From Phoronis australis (Eukaryota > Animalia > Phoronida), in NCBI GenBank assembly GCA_002633005.1, contig NMRA01000274.1, positions 415,143 to 479,142 on the forward strand: DNA of 64,000 nucleotides, given 5' to 3'. Shown piece after piece: positions 41,832 through 55,100 of the stretch (position 1 is the stretch's first letter; each line of letters opens with the position of its first letter). The notes beneath the pieces were generated by a model. The model was given only the letters and a program-made list of their open reading frames with translations, searched no databases and was not told the origin of the DNA. The translations under genes and the position numbers were made by a program.

Positions 41832-44800
41832 TTTACGCGAGCTTCTCAACCGCCTGAAATAAGTCAAGGTATAGATCTGGAAACTGCAAATTAAAAATAG
41901 CCCTGATGCCCAAGCTGTCACGTGAGAGGTATATTATGACAAGACTAGCAACCACAGGACACCAGCAACAAATTGGTACAAACAAAATTATACGCATGAA
42001 AAAAAAAGTTTATTTGCCAAGAAAAGTTTACGTATTAAAAGACAAAACAACCAACATTTACAAGCACTCATTTTTGAGCCAAGTGCACTTTCATTTTTTC
42101 GGCCTTCTAACTATGCAACAGGAACATCACAAGCCTTGAGAAATGTGTGCTATCACTGTTTTGATTAGACAAACGAAAGCAGAAAAGACATAATTTTGCA
42201 ATCAATGAACTTTCATAATGGGCAGCAGCACTCTTACATCTTGAGCAAAACCAGACTTTCAAAGGATTGCCAACTGTTTTGACATGAGTCTTATGTTGGT
42301 CACGTGACAATCTTGGGATTATATGGCAAACACACAAGACTGACGATTCCGGAAATGTTTGTTGGGTTCATTTCTGGCAGGTACGCGCATTAAGACAAGA
42401 AAAAAATGTCTTTCACATACAGCATTAGCGCACAAACAGACTCCCAAAACTGCATGCGGCGAAGCTGCACAATGCCAGGGTCCTTTTTGGTATGTGTAAC
42501 ATGCTGCTAGGGGCGTTAAAATTCTTGGTGGCCTTTCATAAGTTTTTTTAAAAAGGGCATTTCCTGCTTAATTAGAGCATAAAATGAAAACTACCAATCA
42601 GGCTGATTAAAGGCACTATGAACCATGATTATATGGTGTAAAAAACATCAACTTTCTTTAGAGGCGTATTTGCTCTTTCAAAGGAATTTCATCGTGTTCT
42701 TATTCTATGTTTGAAAAGAAATGGACTACAATAAATCACCTAGAATTCCCGTCGGCCACACTTAATTGGAGACTGAAACAATCTCCACATGACAAGAGAC
42801 ATAATTAATAGACCTAGTCTGAAACAATAATGACCAGTCATTTTTTATCAACCTTAAAAACAATCTGAATAATGAACAGGATCAAACCGGTTCAGTGAGT
42901 GACCTAATTAAAATGTTGTTTTTTGACAGAAGGTGTGTGTTTCTTGCCACTTAATAATAACAGTCCACTCAGTTGTTCAAAAGAGGTACGTTCCTTCATT
43001 AACACTGCCAAGGGAATATTGAGTTACCCATAGGGATTTATCTGCGATTGATAGCAAGCAACCCCATTTTGAAAGGGGAGACTGATCCTGACAGAACTAA
43101 TGGCTTTTGGCTGTCTTGCATGTCTGCCTGTGCAAGAAATGATCAGTTTGGGGATGGAAATCTTGTTCCATTCATTATAGAACTTGTGAAAGGATCGAGA
43201 GTAGGCTACATAGCAAGTAACTCAGGCCCAGGGCCTAATCTTCAAACTCACACTCGAGTAGGCTCAAAACTTAACCAATCCCGTCTCATGACTCAATTAC
43301 AAATCGGTATGTTTACTCAAAGCGTACCATGGTATTGGTCAGTTTTACTCCCTAGAGATTGGCTGTTTCTGAGATGTGTTATGAAATTAGCCAAATTTGT
43401 AGAGTCCTACACAACCTTAAAGAGCAAACTAACAGTGATGCACAGTGATATTTTTGTGACTACCCGCTCTGTTCAACAATCACCCAAACCTGATATCTTT
43501 CTCTCTCGCAGGACCCTTGGTCATTTTTCTCAGTCACAAGCGCCAATGCCTAACAGACCCGGAAGTCCAACGACTCCATGTTTTCTGTCGAAAACAGTGC
43601 TTTTCAATTCCAACACTTTACTCACCTGAAGTGAGAGCAAACAGTGTTTAGATCCGTCTATTTGAAATCTCCATCTCATCTTTAAACGAAGTCACATCCT
43701 TCAGATTTGCAACACGAGCTCATCACAGTAAACAAGGATTTTTTTTGTTCCACATACACTCAAGATCTGAATGCTGAAAAGACAAAAGACCATTTTGATT
43801 TACAAAAAACACCACTCGGTCTTATCCAAAAGTAAGCTTTAATTTTCACACCAGTAGCAACGCACCTTGAAGAATACACCTGAAACCCTTTTAGTGCAGA
43901 TTGCTAGAAGTGCAAAAAATTGGAAAAGAATATTTTGAAGCATGATTCAATTCCGCTACCAATGTTTTAACAGCATACCGCAATTGACGACTTATCACCA
44001 GGATTTTGAGTGAACGCAGTAATCTTGACACACCTTCGTTTCTAAGGCACCATTTTAACCAGCAAACCACAGCGTGTTGGGTAAATCTTATTGCTTGTTT
44101 GTTGACTTTTAGCAAGGGGGTGGAGCTTGCGATAGGTAAAAATTAGGGCAAGTCGAAATGACAACATCCAACTAGAATTAAATCTAATCCGCTGTGGTAA
44201 ACCCACTAAAGCAATCAACACTCTCTGCTTGGTAATTATGTAAAATTAAGATTACAAACTTGTTATCAACTCATCGGATTATTACGTAGGCCTACCCTAC
44301 TTAACCTTGACTACGAGAAGCATATTGCTAGTACGCAGCGACTTTTTGAGATTTTTGTGCTTTGACCGCGAATTTGTTGCGAACTCGGTGGAGCAGGACA
44401 CTGTAAATAGTAGTGCAGAAAGAAAAATTCCTCATGGTTTGTTGCATCCCTGTTTTGTGTACATTTATAGAGTTTTGTGTTTGCTATAGACAGCTGAAGT
44501 GAAGCACCCATGGAATTTCTAGTCCAGAATGTCATACCTTGTAGTATTCTATATAGTGTTTTGGAGACGGTCAGAAGTTGAGGACGCCTGTGGCTCTTGG
44601 TTAAACTAAGTAAAACGTAATGCCATGCCCAGGCCATGATAAACTGATTTATCATTTATTACCTACATCAAGTTTGTCGGGTAAATAGCAAAAATCCCCT
44701 CATTTTCAATTTTTAAGAAACTTTTCAGATGAAGTCACTTTTGGATAAAATAGCTAGGTCGACGACCATCATAATTCATATGCTGTGTACTGTAAGTACT

Positions 44801-45129
44801 GTTTGTGAGGTACTATTCGCTAAAACGATTGCCCGAAACTTCCGAAAGCCACGGCCAGGGCTTCGATTTCGGGTGGAATTCAATTCTGTCGACATTGAAA
44901 ATTCTCTACCCAAAGGTAGCTATGTCGAATCTTGCTCAAGAAATATGAATGTGAACCACTGCTGAAATTCTTAGACAGAGGTAGGCCTAGGGCCTAAGTT
45001 ACTTACTTCTGTAAAACCAGACTTGTCTAGAAAATGTTTACAGCAGAAAACTCACCGACAGCTTTAACCAAAGGCGACACCTGGAGAATACCACACAAAC
45101 CCTAAAAAGTTTTCCACCATAAAAGAAAA

Positions 45130-45710
45130 GTAAAACAGTGTAAACATGAAAAATATTCTGTTTAATGAGCGTAAATTATTTCAAGTTTATTGAATTCGTC
45201 AAAATTACCAATTTATTATAAATTTTGTTAAAAATACAAAAAATTAAGAGATTTTTCAAAACTTTTTTAATCAATGTAAAACGAACTCTAATCTTGTAGG
45301 TAGTAACTTCCAATATCCATTTACGGAATTAAACGAATGGAAAATCTTTATTTTTCATGTAACTAAATAGGCGACTAGGGGAGATTTTTCGCATGTATTG
45401 TTTGACAATCATTCATTTTCCACTAGTTATAACAAAATTTATCCACAAATTTTAAAAACTATATAATATGCATAAAACGACAACTGACGGAGTTTCACGA
45501 AAATGGCGGTTGAGTTCCAGTTCTAACCGGTATGTTTGGGTACCGTTTTTCATGAAGAAGATCCGAAAGTTGAGTGCGAATTCGGGGAAAAGGTAAAATA
45601 TAATACTATTGTTATTTTTTCCTCCTTGAAAACATGTTTTGCTGTCATTGAGGTTGAAATCGTACAGAACATGATAAAACATGTATTTTCCATGGGCGCC
45701 GCCATATTTC
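45130..45710. promoter_or_regulatory. Probable bidirectional promoter ZNF410/XPO1 with two YY1-like sites
   Basis: A minus-strand donor at ~45055 and a plus-strand donor at 45593 flank an AT-rich spacer. AAAATGGCGG at ~45500 and GCCGCCATATT at ~45698. Confidence 0.6.
45500..45592 (+). other. XPO1: Probable non-coding first exon of XPO1 (5' boundary approximate)
   Basis: YY1-type AAAATGGCGG at ~45500, donor AAG|GTAAAA at 45592/45593, and the next acceptor TTTCAG at 49164 just upstream of the ATG. Confidence 0.6.
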
Positions 45711-46321
45711 ATACCACAGATCAATTCGTAAACAGTCTATCTTAGCGCGCATGACAATGATTCGACGGTTTCTTGCTAGACCAAATGGGTCACTGGGCCG
45801 TGACATTAACGCCCTGGGTCAAATTGAAAATGTTTTATGCCCATTGTCTTTCAAAAATGTACTACTTTGAATTTTCAGTAACCTCTTTGCAGTCCAGTTA
45901 CTTTCAGCATTATAAAATTATTTCTTTTTACTGGTGCTGCTCACTTTGGCTGGGTGATGTTTAGTGGATTTTCCCCAACATGTGGTTTGGGCATGAACAG
46001 AGACTGTGCTCTTTGTTTGATTGGCAGTGGTCCTGGTGACTGAGCTGTGTTCAGTCGGCATCATGCAAATGTGCTTCATCAGTTCCTGGCATTAAAAAAG
46101 AAATTAATGTACCACTTTGTTGCTGAGTGTTGATTATTTATGTCTTAACTCTTTAATCACATGACTATGTGATGACTTTGGTTCACTCCCATTTTCCCAT
46201 CAGAAAAACCAGTTATGGCTAGTATCATGCTGCTTCTAATGCTGTTGTCACATGGTGTTTTTGAGGCAGTTACATCGCCTATGAACACCACACCTATTTT
46301 CTTTCAAACTACTGCAAACAT

Positions 46322-47060
46322 GACCATTTATTCATAGTTTTTCTACATTATTGTGGGATCTTGAGCTTTCATTGTACCTTCATTGGCTACAACATGACTC
46401 ATTACTGATGCAAAAACTTGCCATGACATGGTTCTCGGTAGCGGTGCCGAGGAATTTGCAAGTCATTTATTGACCACTTATGGCAGACTAAATGAAAATG
46501 GTCTTCAGGCAACCCGTCAGCTGTAGACTTGTTCACGAGGTCGGCAGTTTCCTGGATGTCAGATTGAATTGTACAGGAGGGTCTGACCCAGTTCCTGTCT
46601 TCATAAGCTTGTGATACTATCCAGCTTCCATGTGAGAGCATGCATTTTAAGGGATAACTTGTGTTTGACACTTAATAAACAAAGCAAAACAAAAAGCAAA
46701 CCTGTTTCAGAATATAAAACCCTTACCAGTTGAGATGTCAAATAAGCTCTATCTGACGATATTTCAATTACCGGATGTTGAGCTGGACCCTTTGTTGGTT
46801 GATACATACAGCCTCAAATCAGGAGAACCATATTGCAGCATTTGTCATTGTCCATTGTGTTTAGTGCATCAGGTATTGTTGCTCGTTTTCCGAGGGTTGG
46901 GCGAAGCATTGCGTTTGTGTAAGCTAAAACAACGCTTACTCAGTATTTGAGCATGCTTAGGCACTTATCACTTTTCCGCATGACGTCAGAGAAATGCAGA
47001 TATGGCACCAGTTTGTACACCAAACTCGCGTGTTGGTGGACATGACACTGGCGCTGAGTA
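46322..47060 (+). ncRNA. Structured RNA region in XPO1 intron 1
   Basis: Helix 46322-40/46485-503 encloses hairpins 46341-58 and 46416-63. Further hairpins at 46519-49, 46573-98 and 47005-54; the last is enclosed by TACTCAG 46937-43/CTGAGTA 47054-60. Confidence 0.4.
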
Positions 47061-47631
47061 CGTTCATTCATCACACTCATGTCCGTAAAGCTAAGAAACT
47101 TTCATCAATTAAAGTCGCTTTTCTTCTATTTTGTTGTCGTGTTTAGGACATTGAATTCACGGTTGTGATAATCAGATATGCAGTGCTATGAGGAAGGTTT
47201 AATGATTCTGACGATGTAGTCACTTGTCAAATCAAGGCGTGAATGGTGGTTTTAAGCTCTTAAATGCTGTGCAATATTTCACTGTACTTTATAGTTCTTT
47301 TCATCCATTTTGTCTTTAAATTGTCAATGTTGTGCGTTAAGATATATTTATACTATTCACGGAAAAATATCCCAGTATCTCGACATGTCCATGAATGAAA
47401 GAAATTAAAATTCAAACTTGTCAATTCACCCTGTGTTGCACACCAGAATTAGAAACTGAGTCAAACAAAAGATACTTAAGTGCTCGCATATCACTATAGA
47501 CTTGCATAGTGTTTCCTATTATTGCTTGCCAAAAAGTTTCACCATGTCAAGTAGTACTTGTTGGCCAATCAGAAAGTAAGAAAATATAAATATATCAATA
47601 CTGTCCAAAAAACACAGTTGGTTCTGGAATC

Positions 47632-47804
47632 TGGTCTCTGTTTTTTTTTGGAAAATAGTCAGTGGTGTATTTTTAGTTGCTCACGTTTTCAAAAAAATAC
47701 ACCTGAGACGAACAAAAGGTCTCTGTTTTGTTTTTGTAAAATAGTCAGTGGTGTATTTTTAGTTGCTCACGTTTTCAAAAAAATACACCTGAGATGAACA
47801 AAAG
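47632..47804. repeat. Tandem duplication, 2 x ~86 bp, in XPO1 intron 1
   Basis: GGTCTCTGTTTT...AAAATAGTCAGTGGTGTATTTTTAGTTGCTCACGTTTTCAAAAAAATACACCTGAGA occurs twice. Confidence 0.9.
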
Positions 47805-49186
47805 TAACGCTGGATTTTTTCATTCATGTCTGGCAAATCGTGGCATGCATTATAAACCTAGTGTCAGTGCTTGATTTCTGCAACTCGTCGATGCGACTTC
47901 ATATTGTGTTTGGACGACCTGGGAAAAACCCTAAGTCACCACGAAGTCACTACAACGAGTATCAAAGTTGGGCAATTCACCCGAAATTGGTTTCAAAATT
48001 TTTGGTGACTTCTAAATTTTGAATTAGTATTTTTCCTAGATTCAGTTTATCTCTGTTTCTTTCGCGAAGTCAGTGTGTTTTATTACCACTCTCAGCAGTG
48101 AGCTCACATCAAGCAAGCGCTTAAATTACAACAGAAAGTAGATAGACGAAGCTCGGAATTGTTTGGCAAATATCGGGTAAGGTGGAACCATGAAACACCT
48201 GCCTCCAGAGTATCCAATTGGCTCCGTTCTCTGTTGAATTGAGTTAGAGATTAAATGTGGTGCAAACATATGGGAGGCTTGAGGTGTACGTAATTTGTAA
48301 CAATGCCGACGACACGTGTTCTTTTTTGATTGTCAACCTCTTACCTCAGTTTTTGGCTACCTCAGATTTTATTTGGCAACCTGGGATTTTTGGCACGATG
48401 CATTTGGCAAGTTGGTGTTAACCGTAAGCATTTCGCACTGTGTGCCTTTGTACAACTGCTAAAAAAGCCCAATTCTGGTGAAATTGATGCAAGCATTTTT
48501 TTCTAGTTGCAGAGGGCAGGTCTTAAACCAACTTTGAATTTTTGGCCTGAACTCTCTTTTAGATGTATTTTGAATAAATGACACCCTAAAATAATTCTTC
48601 ACTTATTTTAAAACACGTAGTGGACAATTGAAATTTTATAATTTTATTTTATTGTTATTTTGTAACATTTCTCATTCTCAGCAAAAGGAAAGTTTAAGAA
48701 TTTTTTATTTCTCTATTTAGCTTGCTGTGAAGATTGAAAAAACATTTAGTTTTAGGCTTCCATTGTTCACAGCGAGGTTATCAGGCTTTGAAAAATAGAC
48801 AGTTTTAGCAAAATAATTTATATGTACACAATACTCAAAAAGGTATGGCATGATTCTAAACAGTAGTGTAGTGATTTGTAAGTAAAACCTTGAAGTCAGC
48901 ACTGTAATAATGAACTGATGCCAAACATACAAAATGTTGTAATATTTTGCCAAAGAAATAACCAATCTCCTATGACTTCAAACTTGTTGCATACTGCACA
49001 GGTGAGCCAAACCGGCTATAATAAAATTCAAACTTGTTACTTCGGCAACTCAGGTTGGATTTCAATAACCTGTGACATTTTGTGCTAAGCAGCTCGAGTG
49101 TAGATGTTGCGGGGACTTACTGTGAGGTCGAGGAATACTATTCTGTGCTACTGTTCAATTTCAGTGAACACTGAAGACCAGTCTTG

Positions 49187-52100
49187 ATGCCGCCAACAAT
49201 CATGGCAACATTGACCGAGCAATCTGCTGCTACTCTGCTGGACTTTAACGTCAAATTAGACATAAATCTACTCGATCAGGTTGTATGCTGCATGTACACA
49301 GGAGAAGGTGCGCAGGTAAGAAGGTTCAGTTCACTCCCCGGGGGCGTTGATAAGTGGAACTGTCCGTTTCATTCGGTGACGTGAAAAGTTTGTTCCGTAA
49401 CTTGTAGCGGGATGCAATCTGTTCCTGTGTTTTCAGGTCAGCCAATTTAGTATTCATGGTGTCTGTGGAGTTGTGTGCTTGCTATGCGTATTTCGTGACG
49501 TGAAATGACAAAGGGTCGTTTCCACTGTGTGCGATTTTCAGCGTGGAGTCTTGCCGTAAATGGCTTCTTCTATACACCACCAAATACCTGTTGCGAGTGT
49601 TGTTCTGTTTCCCTGTACAGCTCACCACAGTGAGACTGCCAACTGTTGTTTGTGTTGCAGCAACGTGCCGCGCAGGAAGTCCTGACCAGGTTAAAGGAAC
49701 ACCCCAATGCCTGGACCAGAGTGGACACAATACTGGAGTTCTCGACCAACCAACAGACCAAGTACTACGCCCTACAGATCCTAGAGACTGTCATCAAGTC
49801 ACGGTGGAAGGTTCTGCCGCGGCCCCAATGTGAAGGTAAGCTGTGGAACGCACGACTTATGGTTTACCTTGACACAGAGATTTTACTATTTTCTCGTGGT
49901 CTTGAACATTTATCCTGAAGTGTCAAAATCTGTCGGGACATTTTGAAAGTCAGCCTTACAAAATTGGCCAATAGAAAAAAACGAACAACTTCGGAATGCT
50001 GATTCTTTGCCTTCAATCGTCAAGTTTGTGACAGACATGATAGGCTAAGGTGACAAATTCTGTCTAGACTGTTCTCAGAAATGAAAAGGGTGAATGTCTG
50101 AACTGCAGTGAAATCAATTGATTCTGAACATAAATCAGACCCAGTCCGATGGCTGACACTTATCAATAGTGTGAAGTTGAGATGAGAAACACAGTCTCAA
50201 TGGTTTGCCCTGGCAGTGGAAACTAGTGGAAATTAGTAGGAGTTACTCACTTGAAATTGACTTACTTTCCAGGCTTGGTGCTTTTCAATGAAATGAGTGT
50301 TCCATGTTATTTCTGTACAGAATCTGTTTTAATTTCCGACTGCTGAATATCATCAGTTAAACCAAAAATGTTCTTCGCATTGTTTGGTAGCATTTTTTGT
50401 TATCTTTTTAGATGAAAGTTCAACTCCAGTTTATAATTTCCTTGGAAAAACGATTAGGGAAAATTTCTAGTGCTAAATTGAACGTTGTAGTTAAAGTGGA
50501 AATAAAATTGAATCTGCAATTTGCAAAATACCGCCAAAGGTTCCTAATGATATGTGAAAGGTATGTCACTGACTATGTCATCCACTGCTTTTTGTACCTT
50601 ACAGGTATAAAGAAATACATTGTGGGTTTAGTCATTAAGGTGTCGTCTGAGCCTGAATCTCTTGAAAAGGAGAAGGTGTACCTGGGTAAACTCAACATGA
50701 TTTTAGTTCAGGTTTGTACTTGTAAATGGGTTTCACAGTACATGTTGTAGAACTGGTTGTGTTTTCTGACATTTTTATATAGATATACTCCATTGTTAAG
50801 ATTTGATTTCAAAACTTTCTTCAGCTTATTTGTCTTAGTATTAAGGATGCACTTTTTTAATGTTTATTAAAAAATACAATGTCGAATAATAAGAATTAGA
50901 GCTCAGAATGCACCTATATCTGGGCCTACGTAAAGTACAGTGTTTGCTTTCACTAGAAACAGATATAGCTGACTTCCGTGTATTTCAAAATCTCCAAAGT
51001 TTTGCTGAACTCTTTTTACGGTAATTTTTCGCTAGTCTATTGTGACCCCTTGTGATCGAGAATTCCAACAAGTTCTGTAGCCCCCTATTAGCAGGTCTTG
51101 GAAGTGCCCTAGTCAGACATCTGTGAGACTGATAACATCTGTAATGCTGCCACTGGGCAAGAGCAGTCTGGCTTGGAATTTTAATTGAATAAACAAACGT
51201 CTAACTAACAAATAAATTTTCTGAGAATTAGTCTTGCTAAATTTGAGGGAACCCAGAATCCCGGCAAATTTGTGTCCTAATGCAAAATGTTTTGTAGAAA
51301 ATTTTGCCTCAATAAATACTGGGTCTATTACAAACAATTTTCATATTGAAACAGAGCATTCAATTCCAGGAATTTTAAATCCGTGAGCAAGTATTTAGTA
51401 GTTCTATTTTGCTGCAATCCACGTGATTAATTTTTCTGTTCTGACTATATTGGGGAAAATAAAAGGATGACCCTGCTTTGTTAGTACCTTCTAGTGGTAT
51501 TGAGTCTTTGTTATGTTGTGTGCTTTCCTGTTTGCTCAAGTCTTGTTTTGTCTGGCTTCAGATTCTAAAGTACGAGTGGCCACGTAACTGGCCATCATTC
51601 ATTAGTGATATTGTTGGTGCCAGTAAGACTAATGAATCATTGTGCCAGAACAACATGGTCATACTGAAGCTTTTGAGGTAAGTAGCCCCGCCCGCCATAC
51701 AACATGTGACCATCAGCCCTGCCCACTATAGAACATGTGACCCACAAAGTTCTTTTGGCCACCCACCGGTATGCTGTTAAAGATATACTCTCAAGGATCA
51801 GTGACTAGGTTTAATGATGTGCTTGAATTGTCGGATGACATCGTTTGTAGGCAGCCTACTCAAGCCAATGCTAAGATAGATAATGTGGGGAGGTCCACTC
51901 GACTGTAGTTGGCTGCTGAACGATGGTTGTGGTCTCGCATTACATTGTCTTTGTGTTGCTAATTTTGGGATTGTCTTAGTAATTGTGGGATTGTCTTTGT
52001 AATTTTTGTCATAAAATGATGTCAACGGCTATACAGAGGTTATAACTTTGTGAGGGATTGGCCAGGACCTGCCTTTCTTACTGTCCCACATTTAATGAAT

Positions 52101-55100
52101 GTGCACACTTGGGAAGTTTGAAAAACTCCAGGCGTATATCTTAAAAAAAAACGTTGGCAATTGATTGAGCCATATTTTTTGTTGTAATTTGTCGTGGAGA
52201 AATGTGTATCAGTATGCCTTTGCCTGTTTTGCATGCGCAACATAACTGTCATCAATTTCAATGTAGTTGTGATTTTATCGGCTGTAATGGTTTCATTATC
52301 CAGTGTCACTCATGGGGTCTTATCTTGTGTCAACTCATCATAGAAGTGCGTCGGCTCTATGCAGGTTGCTTATCTGAATATTGGAAAATGTAGATAGTGT
52401 TGCAGATTAAATTGCTGAATCATATTTCTGTTCATCAGGTCCAAAATAAAGCAGGTGGTTTGATAAATATGTCTGGGAAACCCTGTTGTCATTACGTTTA
52501 GTCTTTACATTCAGGCAAAGCAGTGTAATTACTCTTTATTAAGGGGTGTACGTAACACAACACTCAACGCAACTCATACTTTAGCCCAGTTTAAAGTACT
52601 GCGGAAAGAAGAGCTGCTTCTTTGAACTCAGCTCCCACTCTTTAGTGTTGATACACTCTGAACGGAGATTTTGGTCTACTATGGTGTCTGTTTAGAAGAC
52701 AGTAATGACTCCTGGTACACTCTGGCTGATGAGGTAGCGGGACTTCTGTGTCTCACATCTGTAGTATATGGCCTTTGATCACAGGGGTATAGGCTATGCT
52801 TATCAGCTGACCCCCTATGGGGCTCACACAGAAACGTGTCACCTTTTTTGAACATATTCAGCTCGTCCACTACTCATAGTTGCTATTCAGTTGACATGGG
52901 CCTGCTTGATGTCAGAAGTGATGCGATGTTGCCACTGTGTGAAGGACTTGTCGATGGATATCAACCAATCGCAAGGGAGCTAGTGATCGACGTACCGTGC
53001 ACACATTGGTGGCATGACATTGAGAGCATCGCGTCACTTCCAACTGAACTACTAGTCCACACCTGTGAAGTGAATACTGTTAAAGTCTCTTTCTTACAGG
53101 CATAGTGCGTGATAGTTTGGTTTAAAAAGGAGATATGGTCTTGGGGGATACCTACAGAAGAGTAGAGTAGAATTAACATGTTATACGGCCAGGTGGTCAC
53201 AGAAGTCCCATGTGATCGCTCGTTACTGCTGGGTGAAAATTACCCATTTTTTGTGTGTTACGTTGCTATTCGTTACACGTGACTGTTTGTCTTGCAGTGA
53301 GGAGGTATTCGACTTCTCTAGTGGCCAGATGACACAGGCTAAGGCCAAGCACTTAAAGGACAGCATGTGCAGTGAGTTCTCGCAGATCTTCACGCTGTGC
53401 CAGTATGTTCTCGACAGCTCCCAGGATGCACCTCTTGTCGGGGCCACACTGGAGACGCTCCTACGCTTTCTCAACTGGATCCCGCTCGGCTACATATTTG
53501 AGACGAAGCTCATCAGTACACTTATTTACAAGGTAGCTCTAACTGCCCTCTCTTTGTCTTTGTGGGTAGTGGTGCAGTGCTGTTCATCAGTACACTTATT
53601 TACAAGGTAGCTCTTGCTGCCCTCTCTTTGTCTTGGTGGGTAGTGGCGCAGTGCTGTTCAGTACACTTATTTACAAGGTAGCTCTTACTGCCCTCTCTTT
53701 GTCTTGGTGGGTAGTGGCGCAGTGCTGTTCATCAGTACACTTATTTACAAGGTAGCTCTTACTGCCCTCTCTTTGTCTTGGTGGGTAGTGGCGCAGTGCT
53801 GTTAGCAAACTGTTGACTTTCTTTTACCATGTCACACTGGTCGGATGTCATTATTGACAGCGTTTTGCTTGTAATCATTTAGCAGTCATGTTAACGCGCA
53901 CACTCATCATTAAAGATTTGAGATCAGTATACACAGCTGCATCAGTGAGACCTACCACTTAGTTGTAGTCACAGAACCTTTGATACAAACGTTTGTACCT
54001 TGCAGGCAAATAATGCGATTTCATTAAGTTGTGCTAGGCAATAAGTTCATGTCCATCTCTTAAATGTCTTGTACCTTTATACTATGTTCAGTTTTGTTTG
54101 ATTTACTTTTCAGTTCTTGAATGTTCCCATGTTCAGAAATGTCACATTGAAGTGCCTAATAGAAATAGGTAAGTGTGGTTGTTCACCTACATGTGACTGT
54201 CTTTGAAAAATAACAGTTGTCTTGCATCACTGGTTATAATTAATTTGTGCTTGCTTAGCGCAATTTGATGGGTGAAAAGAAATACCTGGTTTATGTTTGA
54301 TCTCATTGGTAAACATTCCTTTATAAGTTTATCTCCATTTCTTCTGGTCAGTAACTTATGGTAACTGGATGTTTAAACTGTTAAGCTTTGCTGTGCTTGC
54401 AGTTTATTCTGAGTTCACATTTGTCATATGTCATGTTCCGTAGTTCCTGTGGAGGGTATATCTATTACCTAGTGTCCTTTTTTGACATTTGGCCATCTCC
54501 TACGAAGCTTGTAATGCTCACGTTCTTTGGCTGACCTTTAATCATCCTTTCCATTGTAGCCGGTGTCCAGGTGACGCAGTACGACCAACAGTTTGTCCAG
54601 CTGTTCACACAAACATTGGCCCAGCTGTCGCAGGTGAGCTTGAAACACGTCGTGACATTACTCATGTTGGAAGGGTGTTCATGACGTTTGTAGCAGTAGT
54701 ACATTATTGCATGACTACTTGAAGTGTGGCAGTTTCGATATAAGTGTTGGCTTTGCATGCGCAGTCGTAATACTTGTAGGATTGCTTCAAGAATTCAAAG
54801 CAGACAAGGGATCGATCTTTTCATTATTTTTTTGGGTGAGGAGGGTTCTGGGTATTTTTTTATACGAACAAGCATGACATTATGTGGTGTATGTTAAGGG
54901 GTTTTCGGTTTTTGAAAAAAATAATTTGCTAAAAATGATGCGCGTAGACATTTTTCGTTTTCTTTAAACAGTGAGGCGCGGATTTCAAGATAGTCGAACA
55001 CAGCCCAGAATCAATACGCTATTTTCTTTTGTCCAATGTTGTGATTGGTCTCTGTCTTACAGATGCTGTCAATTGGCACCAACATTCGTGAGGCGTACCA

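Noticed and set aside
43048-43629. 193-aa plus-strand ORF in a ZNF410 intron
   Set aside because: Non-ATG start, no recognisable domain, and no splice context.
41900-45500. ZNF410 autoregulatory CATCCCATAATA motif cluster
   Set aside because: I saw no exact or clustered matches by eye; a PWM scan would be needed to exclude degenerate sites.
52817-53211. RNase MRP/P, telomerase RNA or 7SK identity for the intron-5 structure
   Set aside because: ATGGGGCTCA and AAGTCCC occur in the wrong order for the MRP P4 pseudoknot. There is no CTAACCCT template and no 7SK termini.
52726-53240. Hammerhead ribozyme (CTGATGAG...GAAA) in the intron-5 fold; also CTGATGA at 26074 and on the minus strand at ~15462
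   Set aside because: I could not build stems I-III with a correctly placed GAAA and NUH cleavage triplet.
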